The notes: generated by a model from the sequence alone, not told the origin. A stretch of DNA of 36,795 nucleotides from Octopus bimaculoides (GCF_001194135.2 NC_068987.1:63323759-63360553), one strand, 5' to 3'. Shown: positions 11,242 through 23,344, counted from the stretch's first letter. Numbers and translations: made by a program.

Positions 11242-11482
11242 CTAGAAACTCATAATCTAATTCCTACAGTCAGTGAAACTATCCTGTCGTAATTTTGTAA
11301 AATATACTATATCGAAAATTACGTTATTCAATATGCCTTTACTTTTTAAGTCCAATATCTAGAAGGTCAGACACCCTTTAAAGGTCCCATCAATAGCTAG
11401 TGTGCCTGTGTAACAAAGAAGACAAGTTGGATAAAATCTGAATGAAAATGTATCAGAATTTAAAATCATGTATGTAAATACC

Positions 11483-11692
11483 GATTTAAAATTTTGACAT
11501 AAGGTAAGCAATTTTGGGGGTGGGGTTAAGTAGATAACATCGAGCCCCGTGTTCAACTGGTGCTTATTTTATCGACTGCGGAAAGACGAAAGGCAAAGTC
11601 AACCTCGGCAGAATTTGAACTCAGAACGTAAAGACGGACGAAATGCTGCTGAGCATTTTGCCGAACGTTGCTAACAATTCTGCAATCTCGCC
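11483..11692 (-). mobile_element. tRNA-derived SINE, family A
   Basis: GAAAGGCAAAGTCAACCTCGGCAGAATTTGAACTCAGAACGTAAAGACGGACGAAATGC is the reverse complement of the family A core. Confidence 0.9.
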
Positions 11693-12716
11693 TTTTTTTT
11701 AACATATTAGTAAATATTACAGACAAGTATCAGACAGACCACTATACTAGGATTGTAAAGCGATATAAACGTTGCAATTGAATGCATAAAGATTTGTATT
11801 TCAGCTTTGAACCAGCACTCTAGAGAGGTGGTGAACGCACAAGGGAAAATGAAAATTTGTGTTTTGCAACGTGTCGGTCTATTTTCAATTAAGTCGCTCC
11901 TCGCACCTTTGTTTGAAATAATAGACATCTCTCACTCGCAATGCCATTCTCACGCGCCTTGTAATGTGGCATAAATGAAACCGAGAACGCAATTTTTAGC
12001 TGCAATAATACTTCATATTTTTCCCTCCCACATTTCAGTTTAATCAATAAATATTTCAGATACTTTACTTGGAAATGTGCATTTAAGTATCATTTTGTTA
12101 CTGTTAATGACCCGAAATATCCCATGCCTTGCATTTCAATTCAATATGCAAGAAATTATAATCAGAATACTTATTTTTGTTTTTTTATAATGAATTAAAT
12201 TTCTTGAAATAAAACAATGAAATCAAATAAAAAACGAAAAACATGCAACTTCAGTTACACCATTTTAACATACCAGCGGGATCCGTGAATATTTCATGGA
12301 ATTAATGGTAAACCTATTGGTTATTTATGAAAACTTTATCCAAAGAACTTGAAAGCGTAGATTATGCTGTCTGTATATGGAAAGATAGTCGTTCATCTAC
12401 TACTCATTGAAAAGTGAAGAAATTGGAATACGATGATTACTTAATGCACTTTATACGCACACATATACTTTATGCACAATTTTACAAACTTAATACACAG
12501 CACTCATAAAATAAATGTTCACTTTTATTTTACCATTTTACCCATAAACAACAACAAAAAGTCCCGTATATATGATAGAACCTTTAGTTAAATTGCATAT
12601 AACTACCACATAAATAAGCGTGAATATTTCATGGAGTTGCACTTATGCGCATGCGTTAAGTGATAGATGATATAAAAAACTTAGTTCAATTTTAAAAAAT
12701 ACACTTTTCACTATCC

Positions 12717-12860
12717 ACCACCACCAACACCTACCTCTCCCTCCTCTCTCTCCCCTTTCTCTCTCCCTCTCTCTCCCACTTCTCTCTCCCGCTTCTCTCT
12801 CCGCTCTCTCTCCTCTCTCTCTTCCGCCTCTTCCTCTCTCCCCTCTCTCTGTGCCTTTCT
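12717..12860. repeat. CT-rich low-complexity polypyrimidine tract
   Basis: Direct reading. Confidence 0.85.
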
Positions 12861-14092
12861 TTAACCTCACCATCAGAACATCAACCATCTATTGAAATTA
12901 TATTTTGAACTCTCCTCTTCTATGTTAAGCTATTTTTTTTTAACCATGTAATAAATATTACGTTCCCCCTACCTAACATCATGGACGCTTCTTTCTCCCC
13001 TTTTCTGTCTCACTTTGCCTTATCCTCTTTTTCTTTCTCCTCTCTTTCCCTTCAACTAATCACGCGAAAGCGTTACGATTACATTCCCTCTATCTCACAC
13101 CATGGACGCTTCTCTCTCCCTCTTTTTCTCTCTCCTTTTTCTCTCTCCTTCTTTTCTTCCTCCCTCTTTTTCTCTAATCACGTAAAAGCGTTACTGACAG
13201 GCTAAATAACGCAATGACAAATAATGTTTTTAAGATGGCAACCATGTGAAGAGGAATGAATAACTCCTTTCGACAAGTCCGTTTTAATAGCTTTATAAGC
13301 CCTTTCCCCAGATAAAAACAAAGCGCTAGGCCTTCGGTATACACAATCATGACTTACATAAATTAGCATTATCCTCCTCACCCTAGACCCATGGGGCAAC
13401 AATCGAATGTGCCCATACCTTAGGACGACACTGTCTATAAAACGGCGGTCAACGTGCTGATGACGGAGAGAGGTACTACTACTGGTGAACTGAAGATAAA
13501 TGTGTGACTCTATGACTCTGTCATAAGAATTTAGAAACTCGGAGAGAGCGTGAAATAATTCGTTTTTATCGGTGGAAAGGTCTTTTTAAACCCAATATTT
13601 ACATGCTATTATTTATAGCTTTATCAACTTCGAGTTCCACCGATAAAAAACCGAATTGCAAATGACTCTGCATAAGTGCAAACTGTAGTCATTGGTTATG
13701 ATTTAAGAAATGGAAAAAAAAAAATTAAAATCTGTGGATTTGTCTATACCATGAAAATAGTAATTAGGATAAAATGACTTCTACTGGTGATCGAAATTGG
13801 TTCGTAGATTACAGTTTAATCAGTGCTGCTTTTTCTTTTGAAAAGATTATTTCAAACGATGGCATATCTTACTAACAAATACGAAAGGGATTACTCATAA
13901 TTAAAGAACCTCTTTCAATTTCTGAAGATTAACATATCTACGTGGTAACTTTACGTGGCCATTTGAGCTGTTAAAAATAACAGCTAAGTTTTCCTAAAAT
14001 CACATCCTACTGTCACAAGAGAAGTAAACACGATAATGTAGTGAGAGAGGGTGTGATGGTTGAAAAGAACCCCACCAGGATTAAAAATGTTT

Positions 14093-14296
14093 TTTTTACT
14101 CATTCTAGTAATTGGAATACCGCCATATTGGGACACGAACCTCAAGGGTTTACACGAACAACTCAACTCCAGTACTTATTTTTTAAAGTCTGGCACTTAC
14201 TCTATCGGTCGATTTTTCCAGAGCGATCAGTTACGGGACGTAAACAAACCAACACCGGCTATCAAGTGGTGGTGGAGGACGAATACAAGCATAAAG

Positions 14297-14327
<31 letters not shown>

Positions 14328-14375
14328 TGCACACATATGTATACATACATGTATATTTATGTATGTATGTATTTA
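14093..14375 (-). mobile_element. SINE family B, 3' half, degenerate
   Basis: CAGTACTTATT...ACTTACTCTATCGGTC...GTTACGGGACGTAAACAAACCAACACCGG is the reverse complement of the family B body, followed by its internal (CA)n tract. Confidence 0.8.
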
Positions 14376-14566
14376 TGATGTATATATTTATACAGATTGA
14401 GGGGATAATTATTAAGTTGGCTATTGTCTCATTAGCAAATCATGCAGGTTCGTGGCTAGTGTAATATTCCAAAATAAAAAGGAGATCCGTGAGATATCAG
14501 CTGATACTAAAGGGAGCACTATACAACTCCAGTGGGCTTAATATAAGCTCCACAGAGTGAATGATA

Positions 14567-15589
14567 AAAGTAATAATTTAAATGAGGAAAGAAGTCAAAT
14601 TGACATTACAACTGTTTTTGTAAACAGGCGATATCATTTACTACAAATCTCATATAATGTTATGCAATTCATAAATGTCATGTAATACATGCCATTGTAT
14701 ATGGAAATATATAAAATGGTCCATTCACTTCTCCCGATGTCATGATTTGAAGGCACAGACGACCTATTGAATATTTTGGGACGCGTTCATTTGGGCGTGT
14801 TTACAATATATAAATAGGAGTGGCTGTGTGGTAAGTAGCTTGCTTACCAACCACATGATTCCGGGTTCATTCCAACTGCGTGGCATCTTGGGCAAGTGTC
14901 TTCTACTATAGCCTCAGGCCGACTAAAGAATTGTGAGTGGATTTGGTAGACGGAAACTGACAGAAGCCTGTCGTATATATATATATATNNNNNNNNNNNN
15001 NNNNNNNNNNNNNNNNNNNNNNNNNNNNNNNNNNNNNNNNNNNNNNNNNNNNNNNNNNNNNNNNNNNNNNNNNNNNNNNNNNNNNNNNNNNNNNNNNNNN
15101 NNNNNNNNNNNNNNNNNNNNNNNNNNNNNNNNNNNNNNNNNNNNNNNNNNNNNTGTATGTATGTGTGTGTATATGTTTGTGTGTCTGTGTTTTTGTCCCC
15201 CCCCCAACATTGCTTGACAACCGATGCTGGTGTGTTTACGTCCCCGTAACTTAGCGGTTCGGCAAAAGAGACCGATAGAATAAGTACTGGGCTTACAAAG
15301 AATAAGTCCTGGGGTCGATTTGTTCGACTAAAGGCGGTGCTCTAGCATGGCGGCAGTCAAATGACTGAAACAAGTAAAAGAGAGTAAAAGAGTAAAAGAG
15401 CATTAGGTCGATCGTAACCTTCAAATCATGACATCTGAAGAAGTGAATGGACAATAGGAATGGCATGCATTGCATAACATTTTACGAATTGCATAACATT
15501 GTATGAGATATGGAATAAATGATATCATCCCTTTACGGAAACAATTGTTATGTCAATTTGACATCTTGCCTCTTTTAAATTATTACTTT
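14567..15589. mobile_element. Foldback/MITE-like element with about 200-bp inverted arms (14567-14769 and 15401-15589), interrupted by a SINE
   Basis: For example TCCATTCACTTCTCCCGATGTCATGATTTGAAGG versus CCTTCAAATCATGACATCTGAAGAAGTGAATGGA; arms align over most of their length at roughly 80% by eye. Confidence 0.75.
14817..15400 (+). mobile_element. tRNA-derived SINE, family B, full length (central microsatellite in N gap)
   Basis: GGAGTGGCTGTGTGGTAAG A-box head, GGGTTCATTCC B box, CTTGGGCAAGTG core, TGAGTGGATTTGGTAGACGGAAACTG domain, (GTAAAAGA)n tail. Confidence 0.93.
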
Positions 15590-15608
15590 CGTATATCTAT
15601 ATTTATAA

Positions 15609-15773
15609 ACGATAGGCTTATTTCATTTATCATTCACCAAATCCACTTATGATATTGAACGGCTTAGGGCTATAGTAGAAGGCACTTATCCAACATACTG
15701 CGAAGTGGGACTGAAGCCAAGAGCACACAGTTGGGGAGCAAGATTTTTCACCACACAGTCACGCCTGCTCCTA
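15609..15773 (-). mobile_element. SINE family B, 5' part, degenerate
   Basis: ACCAAATCCACT...GGGCTATAGTAGAAGGCACTT...GTGGGACTGAA...CCACACAGTCACGCCTG. Confidence 0.8.
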
Positions 15774-16098
15774 TGATGGTTATGAATGGAATACAGGCGA
15801 TCATAAATCTGCTGAATCAGAATTGCTGACCTAGGTTTTAACACAAACAACAACAGCAACGATTTAAGACAGGGTTAACAACACATAAGAAACTTCCCTG
15901 CCTTCATAGAAAGGAAACGATATGACAGTAAAGAGCAGTGAGCGGTGAGTTTACTTGTGACCACGCGAATTTTAAGCTAAACGGAGTTAAATGACTGGTT
16001 TTATTATTGCTATATCTGTAACAACAACCTGTCGCTGAAGACAAACTAATAATTATTCTAAAATGATGTGAAATATCTAGTATTTACGAAACGATAGT

Positions 16099-16463
16099 GG
16101 AGGCGCAATGGCCTAGTGGTTAGGGCAGCAGACTCGCGGTCATAGGATCGCGGTTTCGATTCCCAGACTGGGCGTTGTGAGTGTTTATTGAGCGAAAACA
16201 CCTAAAAGCTCCACGAGGCTCCGGCAGGGGATGGTGGCGAACCCTGCTGTACTCTTTCACCACAACTTTCTCTCACTCTTACTTCCTGTTTCTGTTGTGC
16301 CTGTAATTCAAAGGGTCAGCCTTGTCACACTGTGTCACGCTGAATATCCCCGAGAACTACGTTAAGGGTACACGTGTGTGTGGAGTGCTCAGCCACTTGC
16401 ACGTTAATTTCACGAGCAGGCTGTTCTGTTGATCGGATCAACTGGAACCCTCGACGTCGTAAG
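16099..16463 (+). mobile_element. tRNA-derived SINE, family C, apparently young, 3' end in gap
   Basis: Clean Pol III A box TGGCCTAGTGG (16109-16119) and B box GGTTTCGATTCCC (16152-16164), followed by a 290-bp non-tRNA body, so a SINE rather than a tRNA gene. Confidence 0.88.
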
Positions 16464-16933
16464 NNNNNNNNNNNNNNNNNNNNNNNNNNNNNNNNNNNNN
16501 NNNNNNNNNNNNNNNNNNNNNNNNNNNNNNNNNNNNNNNNNNNNNNNNNNNNNNNNNNNNNNNNNNNNNNNNNNNNNNNNNNNNNNNNNNNNNNNNNNNN
16601 NNNNNNNNNNNNNNNNNNNNNNNNNNNNNNNNNNNNNNNNNNNNNNNNNNNNNNNNNNNNNNNNNNNNNNNNNNNNNNNNNNNNNNNNNNNNNNNNNNNN
16701 NNNNNNNNNNNNNNNNNNNNNNNNNNNNNNNNNNNNNNNNNNNNNNNNNNNNNNNNNNNNNNNNNNNNNNNNNNNNNNNNNNNNNNNNNNNNNNNNNNNN
16801 NNNNNNNNNNNNNNNNNNNNNNNNNNNNNNNNNNNNNNNNNNNNNNNNNNNNNNNNNNNNNNNNNNNNNNNNNNNNNNNNNNNNNNNNNNNNNNNNNNNN
16901 NNNNNNNNNNNNNNNNNNNNNNNNNNNNNNNNN

Positions 16934-16976
<43 letters not shown>

Positions 16977-17012
16977 CATATATACGCACACATATATATT
17001 ATATACAAACAT

Positions 17013-17043
<31 letters not shown>

Positions 17044-17143
17044 TGCTCTTACATATAGACACGCGCAAACACACACGTACACGCATACGCACGCACACAC
17101 ACACACATACACACACATACACACACATACACACACGCACATA
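16934..17143. repeat. (TA)n/(CA)n compound microsatellite
   Basis: Direct reading. Confidence 0.9.
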
Positions 17144-17404
17144 CTGATACATGCATTAAAAACAACTTGATATTTTCGTCCTAATAAATCATGAGGTCTT
17201 AACGGTATTGCAGCTTAGTTAAAATGTTTCAGACAGATGAGTCGGTGTTAAAAGACTTAGTGTAGTAAGCCAAAGAAGCTTAATTAATAAATATTACACT
17301 TGAATTGAAGAAAAAATATACCTAATTAGTGTTTAATTATTAATTCTCGAAGGGGAGACAACTCTGACATTCAGACTAATTAAAAATTGAATATCGGATG
17401 GAGA

Positions 17405-17780
17405 CATGGATGCAGTCATTTAGAGCCACCGCGTTGAAGTGTTTTATTTCATAAGGTGCTTATTTGACATTTCATATGTACTATGATTGTCTTGTTCCCG
17501 AACCGCTAAGTCACGAGGACATAAACAAACCGGTTGCCAAGCGGTGAGAGATAAACACAAACACATGGGTACGTAGGTACAATTAGTCACACATACGCAA
17601 CTCTTACTCGCCTTCATAGTACCCCAACCAAAAAAAAAAAAAAGAATCAGGTGACGGCTTCTGCAGAGTTTTTGACATAAGTAGACATTTTCCCATGGTT
17701 ATGTACAGTACAATAGATTAGAACTTGAAACCATTGAGTTTCAAAACGAAATTCATAACAACACAACCATGCCTGTATAC
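17405..17780 (-). mobile_element. SINE family B, very degenerate
   Basis: GAACCGCTAAGTCACGAGGACATAAACAAACCGGTTGCCAAGCGGTG and a decayed head ending CACAACCATGCCTG. Confidence 0.7.
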
Positions 17781-18194
17781 ATACATACATACATACATAC
17801 ATACATACATACATGCATGCATTCATGCATACATACACATGCATATATTTGTATGTATAAATACATAAATATATCGTTTATTAAACACGACTTCTAGAAA
17901 TCGCAATTATTACAGGGGAGATCATTCATGCTTCACACTCCTTGGCGGGATTAGAAATATCAATCTGAAATTTAGGATTTATAAGGAAACAATGCAGAGA
18001 AATTACATATTTGATATTTAACTTTCTTTGCTTATTACGAAGGTCCAAAAATTTCCTGTAGGTGGTAATCATATATATCCTTTTGAGAAATTTTCAACAT
18101 GATATAACCTGTTATTTGTTAACTGAACATTTTATGAGGCGAGACATTTCAGTGCAAATAGAGATAATTATTTTCCATTTTCAGATATTTGGAA

Positions 18195-18694
18195 GATGGC
18201 CATATTGGAGACGTCTTGAAAGTTTTAGACAAACAAATCGTAAGAGGCTGGGATGCTTTGGTTTTTCTCTTATGAGAAAAACGTCGATCACAACCAAAAA
18301 GCAAACTGAAAGAATGACAAATGGTTATGTAGAGATCCTAATGAGGTTCCAACAGTCATGCATAAGGAGGTTTCAACAGTTCTCGGCTACTGTGATGGTT
18401 CAGGGAGTTGTCAGCCATGAGGGAAATATGATGCCTCTTCACTTTTTTTCAAAGGGCTTAAAAGTTATTGCCGATGTCTACACGGAGATGTTGCAGAAAG
18501 TTGTGAGGCCCTGAATAGACAGAGTACACAACAGATATCTGCACCTCTTTTAACAGGGTGCTGCACTGTGTCATAAGGTTAGAATAACCCAGGCATGGAT
18601 GCGTGCTTATCTCCATCCTCTTGTTCTCTCAAATATATGGCCTCCTAGTTAGCCAGGCCTCAATTCTTCTGCACTAGTACGTATGGAATGTAGT

Positions 18695-18734
<40 letters not shown>

Positions 18735-18924
18735 AGAGAGAGAGAGAAAGAAAGAGAAGGAGAGAGAGAGTGAGAGAGAGGTCAATCAATACCTCCATAA
18801 CGCCATACAATCTCTCAAGACCGGTATAACCAGCACTATATCCAAAACTGACGAAGATCATCTGGTCCGAGCATGTCAATTCTTCCCAACTCGCACTGAA
18901 GCAGCTATTGAATTCATTGAATAG
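18195..18924 (+). pseudogene. Tc1/mariner superfamily, maT (DD37D)-type transposase remnant
   Basis: Frameshifted translation FS(Y)EKNVDHNQKAN..NDKWLCRDPNEVPTVMH, SATVMVQGVVSHEGNMMPLHFF, VVRP*IDRV, F*QG AALCHK, WPPS*PGLN, DHLVRAC, FIE*; the first two catalytic Asp positions are mutated; (GA)n expansion at 18696-18781. Confidence 0.85.
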
Positions 18925-19479
18925 TTGTGATGAAAGGATTCTGAAGATTATTTGTGCCAATTTGTCTTCAAATACAGCTTTTCTTTGATGAGCTATGCAT
19001 CTTTTTTAAATCCATACAAATGGCCTCAAAAAACTGATGCACTCTTTTTATATATACATACATACGTACATACATACATACATAATGATACACACATACA
19101 CATGCACACACACACATACACTCACACATCTTTGAAGAATTGTATCTGGAAGCTTTTGAGCCAGAGAAATGACTTCCTCAGCTCAACTTGAGGATATTTA
19201 ACAAAGTCTTCCTCCTAATTTCATTGGAGTGCGTAACTGCTTTCATGAATGGATCTACCTTTTAGCTCAGTTTTATGCATTTTTTCACAAGCACATCATG
19301 TGTCTCATTGAAACTTGCTTGAAATTCTATTGGAATTTGAAATAAAAGTGTGGGAGACTACTTTTGCATGTTCTAGAAATGGTTCCCATTCAGCAGTCGT
19401 TCAACGATATCCAGCAGTATGTATGTATGTATGTATGTATGTATGTATGTATGTATGTATGTATGTATGTATGTATGTA

Positions 19480-21394
19480 GAGCTCTGCATCAGCTCCTTT
19501 GCTTTCCAAGGAGTCTTCTACTCTATTTACTAAATCAACAGAAATCACAGGTCGCTGGATTCAGCATTTCTCTGAACTCCTAAACCATCAGACATTGATT
19601 GATACTATGCAACAAAGACCTATCATTGGCTCCTTAAATTCCACGCCCTCAATAGATGAAGTAATGACATTAATAAGTAAATTGAATCTTGGTAGGGTAC
19701 CTGGAAGGGATGGAATTTGTGCTGAGGTCTTGCGATTTGGTGGTAATTACATCATACAATCCTTTCATGAACTTCTTAGTGTAGTCTGGAGGGATGGCGC
19801 AATACCTAAAGACTGGAAGGATGTAATTATTCTTCCTCTCTATAAAGGAAAAGGAGCCAGAACAATGTGTGGTAACTACAGAGGTACTGCTCTACTATCA
19901 GCTGCTGGCAAGGTTCTGGCAAATATTCTTCTTATCCCCCTGAATGGGTGTCTCGTAAATGATGGCCTATCTGAACCTCAATGTGGCTTCCAATCTGGTA
20001 GAGGGACAATGGATATGATTTTCATAGCAAGACAGATGCAGGAAAAGTGCTATGAGCAGAATATGGATCTTACCTAGGTAGTCATTGATTTAACCAAGGT
20101 CTTTAATACTGTGAATAGGCCCTTGCTATAGAAAATACTTGGCAAACTTCGATGTCCGGATCACTTTGTATCTATAATTAAATCATTTCATGATGGGATG
20201 GAGGCTTGGGTCAATGTTGGTGGTAGCATGGCGGGATCCATTCCTGTAGAGAATGGTGTCAAGCACGATGACATCCTTGCTGCAACTCTCTTTTCTTTGT
20301 ACTTTGCTGCTGCTTTTACTCATGCTTTTGCTAAGGTTAGCTCTCTGGGAATATATGCCAGGTATCGATCTTCTGGCCGCCTCTTTAATCTGCGCCAATT
20401 TGCTGTCAATTCAAAAGTTTTCCAGTCTTTTATTCGTGACCTTCTTTATGCAGATGACTGTGACTTAGGCACTCATACAGTGGATGACATGCAAATACTT
20501 ATGAATCGTATTTCTGCTTCTTGCAAGGCATTTGGACTCAGCATTAACTGTTGTAATGTTACAGCCTGCATCAAGAAATACATATGTGGAACCAGCTATC
20601 TTGGTTGAAGGAACAATACTGAAGGTGGTAGACAAGTTTGTCTATCTGGGTAACACATTCAGTCGTTCTTGCTCTCTGGATGATGAAATATCTTTCAGGC
20701 TGCAGAGAACAACTGATTCCATCTGGTCTCTTGAGTCTCGTATCTGGTCCCAGAATGGCATCACAAGGTAAACGAAAATTGCTGTGTACTGACATCACTC
20801 TTTTACTCCTGTGACCCTCTACAAACGTTATGTAAGGGTCCTTGAACGCTTTCATCAAGGATGTCTGAGACATTCTGAATGTTGGCCGGACCTTAAAGAC
20901 TCGAGACACACAGCTCCTGAGGAAAGCTGATATCTTGAGTATTGAGGCGATGGTGCACAAGCACCGATTACGTTGGACTGGACACCTTATTAGAATGAAA
21001 GATAGCAGGATCTCTAAACATGCTATATGGGGAACTTGTTAGTGGAAAGAGACCCCGGCAGAAACCAAGGCTGCGATTTAAGGACTGTGTCAAGTCCTCA
21101 TTAAAGGCCTGCGATATGCAGGCGACTGACTGGGCGAGCAATGCCTGTTATCATCACAGAGATAGGAAGCAGGTTAAAGAGCGTATCGACACGATCGAGA
21201 GAGCACTATTCTGCATGAATAATTTAAGCGTGCTGTTCGAAAGCGCACTGCTAGTGTAGTGAATGGAGAAAGCTTGGTTTGCTATGTTTGCAATCGTGTA
21301 TGCTTGTCAAGAGCAGGCCTTATTAGCCACCAACGGAGCAGAAAATGTAAAATATAAGCTAGTCCTAGAGCGCACAATGTTTCTAATGACCATC

Positions 21395-21396
<2 letters not shown>
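19480..21396 (+). mobile_element. RTE-clade LINE, 5'-truncated, RT domain through 3' UTR
   Basis: PGRDGICAE, NYRGTALLSAAGKVLA, QCGFQSGRGTMDMIF, IDLTKVFNTV, LLYADD, FVYLG, LYGEL, RFKDCVK and terminal CYVCNRVCLSRAGLISHQRS; many stops and frameshifts; flanked by (TATG)n on both sides. Confidence 0.95.
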
Positions 21397-21427
<31 letters not shown>

Positions 21428-22075
21428 TATGAATCGTCCACAAATTTCCCTACATTGATATTGTGACATTTTATCTATTCCTATCGAAATTCCTTGTTCT
21501 GAAACTGTATTTCAGTTAGAAATTTGCTACGATCAGTGACCTCAACAGTGACGTCACTCGCCTAATTTTATTTGGGAGCTTAGAAACCAAATATCTTACC
21601 CTAACTTGGAATATCGTCAACAGAACTTTTCTTGTAAAATGCATAATTGCAATTCTGGCTGTATGAGAAATAATATATTCTGGAGCAACTTGTTCTATAT
21701 CATAACAAGAAATCCTATGTGATTTCGAATTGCCGTCACAGACTAGCATTTACCCGGGGTGATTTCAACCGACTGATTCGGAAAAAAATAGTGGAGAGAA
21801 TCGAAGAATAGATTTCCTTGTTAACGAAAGTTGATCCTGGCTGAATTGTCTTCTTTATCTCTTTGTTGTACCTTTGTATTCTAGCAGCGTCGTGTAAAGC
21901 CTTGCATTAGCAACGGGAAAAATGCTTTTCTAACGACAAATTAGGTTCTGTCTTATCTGTTCTGTCGCACGCGGCTAAAACTTCCCTTATTCACAACATC
22001 TGAGGAATAAGACTCTTGTTTCCAGCCTACGATACTCCGAGTACACTCTACAGAATGTACTGGGTGCACTTTCTT

Positions 22076-22325
22076 CACACAAACACACACACACACACAC
22101 TCACGCGCGCGCGCGCACATACACAAGCACAGACGTGTATATAATTTTTTTCCGTTTGTATATGTTCGTATTTGAATATGTTCGTATATATATGTACATG
22201 CATACACACGTATGTGCATTGTGTTTATGCGAGTGTGTGTGTGTGTGTGTATGTGTGTGTGTGTGTGTCAGTGTGCGTGCGTGTATGTATATGTATGTGT
22301 ATCTGTATATATATTACATGTGTGC
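22076..22325. repeat. (CA)n/(CG)n/(GT)n compound microsatellite
   Basis: Direct reading. Confidence 0.88.
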
Positions 22326-22403
22326 ATATGAGTTCCAATTAATTGTTATTAACCGAAAATTTCGGTGTCCTTCGAGTGCAATTCTATTAGCTTAAAAAAT
22401 CGT

Positions 22404-22595
22404 TTATATCAAGAAACTCAATACAGAAAGAGTTAGCTTTGGTTTCGGCGGTGGTGGTTTTGGCACTGCAGAAAATACACCAGCACCAGCACCACCGCCA
22501 CCACCACCACCACCACCACCACCACCAGCACCACCAGTAGCAGCACCAGCCGCAGCAGCACCAGCACCAGCACCAGCACCAGCACCACAAGCACC

Positions 22596-22664
<69 letters not shown>

Positions 22665-22799
22665 GCCGCTGCTGCGGCTGCTGTTGCTGCTGCTTCTGCT
22701 GCTGCTGCTACATTGTCGTCGTTGTCGTGCTGCTGTTGTAAATTTTACACTTGGGATGGGATGAAAATCTTTTGGGAGATCGTTTAAACTTGTGGACAT
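22404..22799 (-). CDS. Possible Ser/Gly/Ala-rich low-complexity ORF (131 aa) or first coding exon; may be only a trinucleotide repeat
   Basis: ACCACCATG start context with an in-frame TGA 9 nt upstream; unique flanks MSTSLNDLPKDFHPIPSVKFTTAARQRRQC and GVFSAVPKPPPPKPK around poly-S/G/GA; no recognisable domain; three of six frames are open across the repeat. Confidence 0.33.
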
Positions 22800-23179
22800 G
22801 GTGGTCTCTCAAACCAGACAGCACCTTCAAAATTATTAACATCTGTCTAAGTATTTTGGAGGTTGAATACGGTTAATGGAAATGACCTATTTTTTTTCTT
22901 GCAAACATTATGTCAGAACCATGGCATTACAGTTGTGCATAAAAGAAAAAAAAAATGGAAATGGGATGGCAATTTGTTTTGGTTAAATGTTTTTGATTTC
23001 TTGTTTAATATTTTCGCCGAGTTATTCTACGTTATATTTATGTTTATGGCGGCAAATAACAAATATATTCAATAAAGTATACTTGAATTGATTAAATATG
23101 TATCCTTATTCTTGATAAGCACCTTGGTTTTAATTTTTGAGAGAAGTAGTAACGTACAATCATATATGTTAACACCTAT

Positions 23180-23344
<165 letters not shown>

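Noticed and set aside
13436-13470. TATAAAA box as a core promoter
   Set aside because: No clear initiator or downstream ORF, and TATAAA is common in AT-rich DNA; mentioned only as context for the nearby hairpin.
16099-16172. tRNA gene
   Set aside because: Good A and B boxes, but no closing acceptor stem or poly-T terminator, and it continues into a SINE body. The same applies to the head at 10085-10158.
21490-21950. Possible L2/CR1 RT remnant (DVTRLI, KIVERI-like words)
   Set aside because: Too degenerate; I cannot assemble a convincing motif series without a profile search.
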